Origin: a virus
Lineage: Duplodnaviria > Caudoviricetes
Length of the DNA stretch: 32,552 nt
Virus record (IMG/VR): IMGVR_UViG_3300006735_000115
Coordinates: 1 to 32,552 of that record
Strand: one strand, 5' to 3'
In this document: positions 7,720-16,481 of the stretch, one piece after another
Position numbering within the stretch: the stretch's first letter is position 1
How the letters are laid out: every line of letters begins with the position of its first letter
The notes under the pieces: model-generated
What the model saw: only the letters and a program-made list of their open reading frames with translations
What the model was told of the DNA's origin: nothing
Database searches by the model: none
Program-made: the position numbers and the translations under genes

Positions 7720-8904
7720 ATGAACATACAAGTTGCTCCTATCGAGGAGGCTCTGCATACGGGCCAGCTTCGTGTTCTTGGCGAGTCAGCTAGGTTCAAC
7801 GTCTTGGAGTGTGGCCGTCGATTCGGCAAGACGCACCTCGGCGTCCAGCTCGCTATGGAGAAGGCGATCGACGGCGATGAGGTTGGCTGGTTCGCTCCAA
7901 GCTATCGATACTTAGCGGATCCTTGGCGAGATCTTGAGCAATCCCTGAACAGGATCACCCATCGAATCGACCGTGTGGAGAAGAGGTTCGAGCTGATGAC
8001 TGGGGGCTCCATTGACTTCTGGAGCCTTGACTCGGTCGATGCAGGTCGTGGCCGTCGATATGACCGAGTCATCATCGACGAAGCTGGGATAGTTAAGGAC
8101 TTGGGGCCAGCTTGGCAGGAGACGATTCGCCCAACCCTTGCGGACAAACGGGGAGATGCTTGGTTCCTTGGCACGCCGAAGGGGCGGTCATTCTTCCATC
8201 GCTGCTTCGAGCGCGGGCAGATTGGTGACGAGGGCTGGAGGTCTTGGAGGCTTCCGACGACCTCGAACCCCACCATTCCCAAGTCCGAGATCGAGGCCGC
8301 GAAGCGTGAGTTGCCCCAGCATGTCTTTGACCAAGAGTTCATGGGCATCCCAGCCGACGACGGCGGCAACCCCTTCGGATTGGATTCGATCCAAGCCTGT
8401 ACCATCCCGCTGAGTACAGATCCGCCAAAGGCTTTCGGGATCGACTTGGCGAAGAGCGTGGACTGGACTGTGGTATGTGGCCTCGACCAAGATGGTAGGG
8501 TTTGCCTTTTGGAACGATGGCAATCTCCCTGGTCGGAAACGGAGATCAGGATCGAGAGATTGATCGGCGAGGCCCCTGTGCTGATTGACTCGACAGGTGT
8601 GGGTGACCCAATCGTCGAGGGCCTTCAGCGAAAGTCTCCAAGGATTGAAGGATTCAAGTTCTCGCAGACATCAAAGCAGCAGCTCATGGAGGGCTTGGCG
8701 TCGGCTTTTCAGACTAGGAGAGTCGGCATTCCAGACGGATGGCTTCGCACAGAATGTGAGACTTTCGAGTTTGAATATACGAGGACTGGGGTTCGCTATG
8801 AGGCTCCGTCAGGGATGCACGATGACGGAGTCTGTGCGTTGGCCCTCGCGGTGCGGTGTCTCGAGACGCTTGCAAAGTCCAACTTTGACTTCAGGATCAT
8901 CTGA
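7720..8904 (+). CDS. terL: Terminase large subunit
   Basis: Walker A GRRFGKT, Walker B VIIDEA, GTPKG coupling motif, nuclease GIDLAK...D and HDD motifs. Confidence 0.95.
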   Translation: MNIQVAPIEEALHTGQLRVLGESARFNVLECGRRFGKTHLGVQLAMEKAIDGDEVGWFAPSYRYLADPWRDLEQSLNRITHRIDRVEKRFELMTGGSIDFWSLDSVDAGRGRRYDRVIIDEAGIVKDLGPAWQETIRPTLADKRGDAWFLGTPKGRSFFHRCFERGQIGDEGWRSWRLPTTSNPTIPKSEIEAAKRELPQHVFDQEFMGIPADDGGNPFGLDSIQACTIPLSTDPPKAFGIDLAKSVDWTVVCGLDQDGRVCLLERWQSPWSETEIRIERLIGEAPVLIDSTGVGDPIVEGLQRKSPRIEGFKFSQTSKQQLMEGLASAFQTRRVGIPDGWLRTECETFEFEYTRTGVRYEAPSGMHDDGVCALALAVRCLETLAKSNFDFRII

Positions 8905-8906
8905 CT

Positions 8907-11900
8907 ATGCCGATCGGTGACTTGTTCGGACTTCTCCGACAAAAGAAGCAGACCAGCACAGACAAGTATCTCGCTTCGAGCGTGAACATTGTCAGCACTG
9001 GCGAGAAGGGGCAGCTTCGGCCCCCCTTCAGCCAGCAGCGCGGAATCAGCGCATTCCATTCTTGGGTATACGCTGCTGCAACAATCAACGCCAACGCTGT
9101 CGCCTCTGTCCCGCTGCGCCTTTACAAGAAGGCCGACAAACGGACCAGGCAAAAGACTCGTGGCGTCCCGCTTCGCACCAAGGCGTACCTGCTCGGAGAT
9201 GGCCCTGGCGACCAGCGGCCTTCAATGTCGGTGCTTCGCAAGGTCGCAGACTTTGGCGATGAAGTCGAAGAGATCACGGGTGACGACCCGATCCTCAACC
9301 TCTTGTCTACAGCCAACCCATATCTCAACGGCTTTGACCTGACGGTTCTTCGGATTCTGTACGGCGAGCTGACGGGAAATGCTTATCTGCATCCGATCAT
9401 TGACGACGCGACAGATCTGCCTTCTGAGCTTTGGCCTCTTGCTCCGAACTATGTTGAGGTGGTCCCGTGTGACGAAAACTTCGTCAAGGGGTATGTCTAC
9501 GGCATCGACACATCGAAGAAGCAGACCTTCGAGCCAGATGAAGTCATCCACTTTAAGCGCCCAAACCCTGGAAATTACTACTACGGGATGGGCAAAGTGG
9601 AAGCGGCTTTTGGTGCGGTCATGTCCAATGAGGCACTGCACCAGATGGACCTCTCGACCTTTGCCAACTCGGCTAGGCCCGACTACGCAGTGGTGGTGAA
9701 GGGAACGCCTACTGGTGACCAGCTTGACCGTTTCCAGAGCCAAGTCGAGGAGCGTCTGAAGGGGACTAGGAAAGACGGCAACTTCATCGCTGTCTCTGGT
9801 GATGTCCAGTTCACCCCTCTGAACTTCCCCCCCAAGGATCTGGCAGGTCGCGAGGATGTGGTCGAAGAGATTGCGGCAATCTTTGGCGTGCCTGTGACGA
9901 TGCTGAAAGCTAACGACCCGAACCTCGCAAGTGCCAAGGCGGGCTTTAGTCAGTGGCGTGAAGGTTCAGTCCTGCCCCTGTGCCGGATGGACGAACAGGA
10001 GCTCAACCAGACTCTGCTTCCATTGTTTGGTGCGGAAGATGACTACTTCCTAGCCTACGACAACCCCGTGCCGAAGGACGAAACCTTCGACCTTCAGCAG
10101 CGTCAAACGGCTGTAGCTGGTGGTTGGCGAACTCCAAACGAAGCGAGGCAGGAAGAGGGACGTGAACCAATTGAAGACGAGATGGCGGACAAGCTCCTCC
10201 ATGCTGGTCAGCCTCTTGGTGGAATGGGGGCTGGTGGAATCATGCCGCCCTTTGGTGGCGGACTGCCAGGTTTACCGGCTCCTCCTGTTGAAGAAGCCCA
10301 AGAAGCGACTCCAGAGCAGCCAGTGGCCGAAGGCACTCCGTCGCAGGATGGCACCACCGCCCCTGTTCCTGCTGATCCGACTGCAAACCTCAACGGTGCG
10401 CAGATTCAGAGTGTCATCGCCATCTTGGACGGTGTTGCTGCGGGAACCATTGCCCAAACTGCTGCTGTCGAGCTGATCATGGCGACAGGCGTGACTCGAG
10501 TGAGCGCGCAGCGAATGGTCGGTGACCAAGACGATGCCAAGCCAGAGGCTCAGGCCGAAGCGGAGATCGAGGAAGCCATCGAGCCGATGTCTGAAGAGCA
10601 GAAGTCGGCAGTGAACATGGCGACTGTGGCCGATGTCAGTATGGCTCTTCGGGGCGGATACCTGACCAAATGGGAAGCAACCAAGACCTTGCAAGCTGCG
10701 GGCATGACTCGCAAGCATGCGGAGCGACTTGTGAAGCTGGAGGTCAAGAAGGCTAACGTGCTGAGGACCGAAGGCGACCTGTACGAAACCAAGGAGGAAG
10801 CTGAGCGGATTGCTGAGATACTCGGATGCGAAGGTCACCACACGCACGATGTCAACGGTCGAACGATGTATATGCCATGCGGTGAAATGTCTGACTACAC
10901 CGAGCTGACTGGCGAAGAGCATTCAGGCGACGATGACCTAGACCTTGTCGATGCCAAGGCCGTGGCGGACATTGATCTCAAGCCGTCCGAGACTATGTCC
11001 GATCTTGCCGATCGTGGTCTCAAGCTACGGGAGGAACACGGCAGAGGCGGCACCGAGATCGGCGTTGCTCGAGCCAGAGACATCAAGAACCGAGACAACC
11101 TCTCGCCGGAAACGGTTGGCCGCATGGTCAACTTCTTCTCAAGGCATCGCGTCGATCTTGACGCACCAGCCGCGAAGCCAAGCCACAAGGAATATCCATC
11201 AGCGGGTGTCATTGCTTGGCTGCTTTGGGGCGGCGACCCAGCAGACCCTGAAGGCGGCGGACATGCTTGGGCAAAGGAAAAGCTGAGTCTGATCGAACGC
11301 GAACGCGACGGACAGAAGGGCGGTGGGGTCACTGGCCTGATCCCAAAAATCTGGGGCAGTCATGTGACTGCCAAGGCAAGAGCTGCTCTTGGAAGAGTTA
11401 TCCTTGAGAAGGCTGACGACTGTGGTACTGGTGCAGGCGGTTTCAAGCCAGGAAACGACTGTGCTGAAGGTCACGGGCGACCTCCAAAGCCCGAAAACAT
11501 TGGCGATCTTAAGGATTCCCTCAAAGACAAGTATCCACTTGAAAAGCTCTCGCTATACGAGAGAGGCGACCATATTGAGCTGATGAACATTGAAGTCGAA
11601 GACGACGCCCAAGGGCAAGGCGTCGGCACTGACGCAATGGATGAAATCAAGGACTACGCACAGGATGCGGGAAAGCCCATAGTTCTGACTGCGGAGGCAA
11701 GTTCTGGAAGCAGGGAGGACTTGAACAGGTTCTATGAATCTCTCGGTTTTGAATCCGTCGAGAGCGGAGGGAGTCGAGACTATTCCCTCCCCGCTCATAC
11801 GCACATCTGGAAACCAGAAGAAAGCAAGGACAAGCCGAAGACTGAGACGCCTGAGTTCAAGGAGTGGATCGGCCAATCAGTAGAACAAGACGACGGCAAG

Positions 11901-13802
11901 CCTCGAGTTTTGTATCACGGAACAGCGGGCGTGTTTGACGAGTTCTCTGAAGGTGTCACATGGGTCTCAGAGGAAGAGGACCACGCCCAACTGTATGCAG
12001 ACGCCGCCGAATCGATGAGCGGGAACCAAGGTGGTGTAATTCCCCTCTATGTACGATCAGAGCGGCCTGTCAAGGTTTCGGATCGACCGAAGAACGTGAA
12101 ATTGGACACGCTTGCCAACGAATTGCTGGCATCGGCTCGCAAGGACAAGAACACCTTCGACATCAAGGAAGCAAGGGAAAGCCTAGACAAGTTCCGACGA
12201 GGGTGGGAGTCGTCTGGTTCCGACGCAAAGCAGGAAAGACCAAGGCACGAATGGTGGTTCGACGAGGGACGAGCTAACGCTAACGAGAAGAACTTCGCCA
12301 AGCTGGTTCAGTCTCTCGGTTACGACTCAGTCGAATACTACGAGACGATTGGCGGGTATCGAGGGATGCCTGAGAGAAAGATTCGCACTGTTGGCGTCTT
12401 TGATTCCAATCAGCTCAAGTCTTCGAGTGACAATGATGGCAACTTCAGCCGCGACAGCGGAGACATCACCAAGTCAGCCGACAACTGCGGGACCGGAGCC
12501 GGTGGGTTCCAGGCTGGCAACGACTGCGCTGAGGGGCATGGCAGGCCAGAGGCTGGAACTGAAAAGGTCCGAACTGGAGAGGTGACGCAAGAAGAACGAG
12601 ATGCCTACGACAAGTTTGCCAAGCGGAATGAGGTTGACGACCAAGGCAGGACTTCGGCCAAAGCATGGAAAGACGGCGACGACTGGACAAGTCCCGACGG
12701 TTTGACCTATGCACACGACGAAACAAACGAGGAAATAGGCACGGGCGGAATGGGCCAGAGGCTTTTTGACTTTTGCGATCAAGGCGAAGAGATGATTCTC
12801 CGTCCTGATGCGAACAATGATATTGACCTTGGTTTCAACCAGGAAATCATGGACAACTTTGAGACAGACGCCAGAGATCTTTCTGACGAAGACACAAAGC
12901 TGATCGAGGGATTCACTGCCCACGAATACCAAAACATCAATTCAGTCATGAGGAAGGGGAGCGTCCCTTGGGTCGCACAGACAGAGGAGGCTTTCGCTCG
13001 GGTGGAAGAATTGGCTTGGGATGCCGGAGCGTTGTCGTCAAGTTTTGACATCGATCAAATGAGTGATTCTGAGGTTGTTGAGTTCGCGACGGTCAATCAG
13101 GAGTTCACCGAAAAAATCCACGAGGCGTCTAAGGATTTGAGGACGGGCGTTGACACGATCGAAACTCAGGCCATAGGTTCAAGTTTTGTATACACGGCAG
13201 GCAATCGGTATCGAGGGATGGGGGACGCTAAGGAGTACGCCAGTGGGATCGAAGATTCTGCATATGCCTTGAGTTTGGAAAACGCGAAAAACAATCCAAG
13301 CGAATATCGGGAATCTCTCAGCAATCTTCTCTACAACATGGAAGAGTTTGATCGCCCTTTCAGTTTGGGCATCGAAGAAATCGAAAGTGGATATCAAGAT
13401 GCTGGCAGAAGGATTGACAACTTGGTTGACGCGCCGCTCCGTGCAGATGGAAAGCCGATGACTGTGTATCGAGCGAACAGCACAAAGGGAGTCGGAAGCA
13501 AGCGTCTATATGACGCAATCAACTCCGGAGTCAAAACCTACAAGCTGGACGGCGTTGCATCTGCCTCTACCGATGGGATGTTCGCATCAGATTGGAGTCA
13601 CGGAGACCATCAGGTGGTCATGAGGATGAAGGTAACGAATGGATTATTCGTCGGTCCTATTTCCTCAAACCCCAGAGAGTCCGAGGTGATTCTTCCAAGA
13701 GGAACCGAGTTTAAGATCAACAGCGTTGAAAGGCTCAGCTCGCAAAGCCTTGACGAAAGTCATGGGACCGTCATCGTTGTTGACATGGAGGCAATCCAAT
13801 GA
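8907..13802 (+). CDS. Portal protein (HK97 type) fused to a DUF3721-like domain, an unnamed head-associated domain, a GNAT, an ART-PolyVal-like domain and a VIP2-type ADP-ribosyltransferase
   Basis: Portal motifs in the first ~430 aa (WVYAA, LTGNAY, EVIHFK, YYGMG, TPNEAR); GCEGHH..YMPC; AWLLWGGD; QGQGVG..FYESLGF; YHGT..VFDSNQLKS; VYR..SAS..ESEVILPRG. Confidence 0.9.
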   Translation: MPIGDLFGLLRQKKQTSTDKYLASSVNIVSTGEKGQLRPPFSQQRGISAFHSWVYAAATINANAVASVPLRLYKKADKRTRQKTRGVPLRTKAYLLGDGPGDQRPSMSVLRKVADFGDEVEEITGDDPILNLLSTANPYLNGFDLTVLRILYGELTGNAYLHPIIDDATDLPSELWPLAPNYVEVVPCDENFVKGYVYGIDTSKKQTFEPDEVIHFKRPNPGNYYYGMGKVEAAFGAVMSNEALHQMDLSTFANSARPDYAVVVKGTPTGDQLDRFQSQVEERLKGTRKDGNFIAVSGDVQFTPLNFPPKDLAGREDVVEEIAAIFGVPVTMLKANDPNLASAKAGFSQWREGSVLPLCRMDEQELNQTLLPLFGAEDDYFLAYDNPVPKDETFDLQQRQTAVAGGWRTPNEARQEEGREPIEDEMADKLLHAGQPLGGMGAGGIMPPFGGGLPGLPAPPVEEAQEATPEQPVAEGTPSQDGTTAPVPADPTANLNGAQIQSVIAILDGVAAGTIAQTAAVELIMATGVTRVSAQRMVGDQDDAKPEAQAEAEIEEAIEPMSEEQKSAVNMATVADVSMALRGGYLTKWEATKTLQAAGMTRKHAERLVKLEVKKANVLRTEGDLYETKEEAERIAEILGCEGHHTHDVNGRTMYMPCGEMSDYTELTGEEHSGDDDLDLVDAKAVADIDLKPSETMSDLADRGLKLREEHGRGGTEIGVARARDIKNRDNLSPETVGRMVNFFSRHRVDLDAPAAKPSHKEYPSAGVIAWLLWGGDPADPEGGGHAWAKEKLSLIERERDGQKGGGVTGLIPKIWGSHVTAKARAALGRVILEKADDCGTGAGGFKPGNDCAEGHGRPPKPENIGDLKDSLKDKYPLEKLSLYERGDHIELMNIEVEDDAQGQGVGTDAMDEIKDYAQDAGKPIVLTAEASSGSREDLNRFYESLGFESVESGGSRDYSLPAHTHIWKPEESKDKPKTETPEFKEWIGQSVEQDDGKPRVLYHGTAGVFDEFSEGVTWVSEEEDHAQLYADAAESMSGNQGGVIPLYVRSERPVKVSDRPKNVKLDTLANELLASARKDKNTFDIKEARESLDKFRRGWESSGSDAKQERPRHEWWFDEGRANANEKNFAKLVQSLGYDSVEYYETIGGYRGMPERKIRTVGVFDSNQLKSSSDNDGNFSRDSGDITKSADNCGTGAGGFQAGNDCAEGHGRPEAGTEKVRTGEVTQEERDAYDKFAKRNEVDDQGRTSAKAWKDGDDWTSPDGLTYAHDETNEEIGTGGMGQRLFDFCDQGEEMILRPDANNDIDLGFNQEIMDNFETDARDLSDEDTKLIEGFTAHEYQNINSVMRKGSVPWVAQTEEAFARVEELAWDAGALSSSFDIDQMSDSEVVEFATVNQEFTEKIHEASKDLRTGVDTIETQAIGSSFVYTAGNRYRGMGDAKEYASGIEDSAYALSLENAKNNPSEYRESLSNLLYNMEEFDRPFSLGIEEIESGYQDAGRRIDNLVDAPLRADGKPMTVYRANSTKGVGSKRLYDAINSGVKTYKLDGVASASTDGMFASDWSHGDHQVVMRMKVTNGLFVGPISSNPRESEVILPRGTEFKINSVERLSSQSLDESHGTVIVVDMEAIQ
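11409..11483 (+). repeat. Coding repeat copy 1 (KADDCGTGAGGFKPGNDCAEGHGRP)
   Basis: Precedes the GNAT domain. Confidence 0.95.
12471..12548 (+). repeat. Coding repeat copy 2 (KSADNCGTGAGGFQAGNDCAEGHGRP)
   Basis: Precedes the first VIP2-type ART block. Confidence 0.95.
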
Positions 13803-15109
13803 GCAGCAGATTCGACGAAGACATGCCAATCATTGCGGTTGATGACAGAGAGTTCAAGGCGACAGACGACACCTCAAAAAAGTCAAAGGCTGACAACTGC
13901 GGGACCGGAGCTGGTGGCTTTCAGCCTGGCAATGACTGCGCTGAGGGGCATGGGCGTCCTCCTTCTGATCGAAGAAGTGGGCCGGTCACCCGCGAAGAAC
14001 AAATGGCATTCTCCGATTTCTCGATTGGAATGCGACGGACTTGGAATCAAAACCGAAACGACCCAAGTCAAATCACAAGAGACGCAGACGGCAACGAGTA
14101 CGAAGAGCATGAGGTCGAGAGCGGTGACAGTATTGGGGGCTTCGACACGCGAATGGGTGGACAGGAGCTGATGTTAGAGATTCAAGGCGATTTGACGCCT
14201 CGAGAAAAGGAAGACCTGAATGCTTGGTCAAGAAACGGGGAGACAGTCGTTGACTTTTTTCGTGAAGGAGAGAGCCGTCTTGACAGAGCAGACAAGAGTG
14301 CGAAAGAGTTCCAAGATGTCCTTGATGATGCTTTCGATGACAGAGTTCTGAATGGAATCGATTCAAAAACCGACGCTGTGAATGTTGCTCAAAACGTCAT
14401 ATATGCGTCGAACATGCTTGACGGGCATCTTCGTACAGCGGACAGCGTCCTAAAAGGTCAGATTCCCAAGACCGAAACTGGGGATTTAGTGATTGCTGAT
14501 GATCGAATCACTGAAGTTCTGGAAAGCGTAAAAGAATACGACCAAAAGACCAGGGACTTGAGAAGACTGATCGACCAGCCCGCAAATACGACGACCGAAG
14601 AAATCGTCAAGAGGGTTCGGGAACTCAAGAAGATGCAGCCTGAAGCACTTGGACCTTTGAAAAGTTTTTTCAAAGAAGTGCATGATCTTGAAGGTGACTA
14701 TATCGATCGCTTGTCCAATAGCCTGGACAAGCCAATTCGGTCGGACGGAAAACCCGTGACGGTCTGGCGCGGCGTACGAGTGACCAACGCTGGAGCGAAG
14801 AGGCTATATGACGACATCATCAAGGGAGACGACCGCTTCGAGTTCACTTCTGTCAACTCTGCGAGCCTTTCGTCTAGCGTTGCGGCAGATTTTTCGAGAG
14901 CCAACTCATCCTCTGAGGGACCAGCAATCGTCTTCAAGATTACGGCAAGGAAAGGCGTAGCCATCGGAACGCACTCGCAGTACGAAGAAGAGTCAGAGAT
15001 TCTGCTGCCGCCTCGGTCAAACGCCCGCATCACAAGCAAAAAATTGGTGTTCAACGAAGAGGCTGAAAAGCCTGTCCTGTATGTCGAAATGGAGATGGAA
15101 GATGAATGA
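13799..15109 (+). CDS. VIP2/Alt-type mono-ADP-ribosyltransferase with N-terminal CGTGAGG repeat
   Basis: R-S-E triad: VTVWRG, NSASL, EESEILLP; paralogous to the C-terminus of the portal fusion. Confidence 0.85.
   Translation: MSSRFDEDMPIIAVDDREFKATDDTSKKSKADNCGTGAGGFQPGNDCAEGHGRPPSDRRSGPVTREEQMAFSDFSIGMRRTWNQNRNDPSQITRDADGNEYEEHEVESGDSIGGFDTRMGGQELMLEIQGDLTPREKEDLNAWSRNGETVVDFFREGESRLDRADKSAKEFQDVLDDAFDDRVLNGIDSKTDAVNVAQNVIYASNMLDGHLRTADSVLKGQIPKTETGDLVIADDRITEVLESVKEYDQKTRDLRRLIDQPANTTTEEIVKRVRELKKMQPEALGPLKSFFKEVHDLEGDYIDRLSNSLDKPIRSDGKPVTVWRGVRVTNAGAKRLYDDIIKGDDRFEFTSVNSASLSSSVAADFSRANSSSEGPAIVFKITARKGVAIGTHSQYEEESEILLPPRSNARITSKKLVFNEEAEKPVLYVEMEMEDE
13886..13960 (+). repeat. Coding repeat copy 3 (KADNCGTGAGGFQPGNDCAEGHGRP)
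   Basis: Shares two 20-nt identical blocks with copy 2 (GACAACTGCGGGACCGGAGC; GACTGCGCTGAGGGGCATGG). Confidence 0.95.
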
Positions 15110-16481
15110 CAAGCCTGAGCCAAGGGACGACTTCCCAAACTCCTTCGATATGATCCCGATCTACAAGGCCGAGGGTGACAGCGATTCCAGCACACCCGCA
15201 AAGCCAAGCGAGCGAGTCACGGGTTCAGACCAGAACCCCGAAGGCAGTGCTTCCGGTTCGCGTGGTGGCATCGAGATATCTGCCGCCCAGGCCAAAGCAC
15301 TTGAGAAAAAGCGTGACGACCACAACGAAAAGCATGGCGACAAAGAGGGGAAGAAGGTCAACCTTGGAATGCTGAAGGCGGTGTATCGCCGTGGAGCTGG
15401 TGCTTTCTCCACCTCGCACCGGCCAGGCATGACCAGACAGCAGTGGTCTATGGCTCGAGTCAATGCGTTCCTGTACCTCGTACGCAATGGCAAGCCAGAA
15501 AATGCGAAGTACACGACCGACTACGACCTGCTGCCGAAAGGCCATCCCAAGAAGTCGGACAAGAAATCAGGCGAGGAGCCAGTTGCCAAGACCTACGAAT
15601 GGCCGGAGGAGACTAGGAAGCACCGGCTGATGATCGAGGGTTTGGATGATGACCTCATCAGGTACAAGGCCGAGATCCCTGCCGACGATGGTGGCGATGC
15701 TGACCAAAACATCCGAAAGCGTGAGCGTCGAACGCCAGCTCAGAGAATTGAGTCAGCAGCCAGGCAAGCCCAGGAGGATGTCGCCAGGGTCATCCAGGCC
15801 GAGGTCAAGGTCCGGTCCAAGACCATTGAGCTGACCTCCAAGCTCAGGGCGAAGGAGATGCTCAGAAAGCTGGTGGGTCCAAAGAAAAGCCTCCTGGACA
15901 GTCTTGTGAAGGCATACCAGGACGCTGTCCAGGGCGGCGGTGTCGCGGGTCTCAGTCGAATCAACGACCTTCTTCTTCGTGAAGGAATCCGCAACGTCGC
16001 AGCCGTTGACGTTCGCAAGATCCTGTCCGAATCAATCAAGGAGCGAGCTGCATTCATTGCAGAGTCGTTGATTGATGAATCAGTCGCAAACTTTGCCAAT
16101 TCGGTCGAAGTTGGTGAAAGCGTTGACCAGATCGCTAGGCGAATCCAAACGTCTCGAGACCTGAGCCCCTCTCGTGCCAGGACTATCGCCAGGACCGAGT
16201 CGGCAGCGTCGTATCACGACGGCCAGATCGCCGCATGGAAAGAAGTCGGATATGTCACCAAGAAGCACTTCTTGGCGGCTGGCGGAGCTTGTGAGTTTTG
16301 CGAAGCAGTTGAAAACGAGTATGGGATGGGAAAGAAGTCGATCCCGATTGACCAGCCTTTCGTGAAGGCCGGTTCGACAATAGTTTCACAGAGCGGTAGA
16401 ACTCTCACCGCCGGTATAGATATGCAGGGAACAGTACATCCAAATTGCAGATGTGACTTTCTAGCAGCGGAGCCCGAATGA
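15102..16481 (+). CDS. MuF / SPP1 gp7-like minor head protein with an extra N-terminal domain
   Basis: RARTIARTE, CxxC and HPNCRC MuF motifs; N-terminal VYRRGAGAFSTSHRPG..QQW..ARVNAF domain. Confidence 0.85.
   Translation: MNDKPEPRDDFPNSFDMIPIYKAEGDSDSSTPAKPSERVTGSDQNPEGSASGSRGGIEISAAQAKALEKKRDDHNEKHGDKEGKKVNLGMLKAVYRRGAGAFSTSHRPGMTRQQWSMARVNAFLYLVRNGKPENAKYTTDYDLLPKGHPKKSDKKSGEEPVAKTYEWPEETRKHRLMIEGLDDDLIRYKAEIPADDGGDADQNIRKRERRTPAQRIESAARQAQEDVARVIQAEVKVRSKTIELTSKLRAKEMLRKLVGPKKSLLDSLVKAYQDAVQGGGVAGLSRINDLLLREGIRNVAAVDVRKILSESIKERAAFIAESLIDESVANFANSVEVGESVDQIARRIQTSRDLSPSRARTIARTESAASYHDGQIAAWKEVGYVTKKHFLAAGGACEFCEAVENEYGMGKKSIPIDQPFVKAGSTIVSQSGRTLTAGIDMQGTVHPNCRCDFLAAEPE

Noticed and set aside
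8907-13802. Intein as the explanation for the oversized portal
   Set aside because: The extra sequence is C-terminal rather than internal, and no intein splice-junction (His-Asn followed by Cys/Ser/Thr) or LAGLIDADG motifs were recognised.
13790-13810. Possible frameshift or sequencing error joining portal fusion, ART-2 and MuF into one ORF
   Set aside because: Both ART domains end at their natural C-terminal strand, the junctions have GGAG(G) RBS-like sequences and overlapping ATG/TGA, and no slippery heptamer is evident. Separate genes are more parsimonious, though reads should be checked.
11409-13960. Repeats considered as a CRISPR array or DGR template/variable repeats
   Set aside because: Spacing is over 1 kb, differences are mostly at synonymous positions rather than adenine-specific, and no reverse transcriptase or cas gene is in the window.
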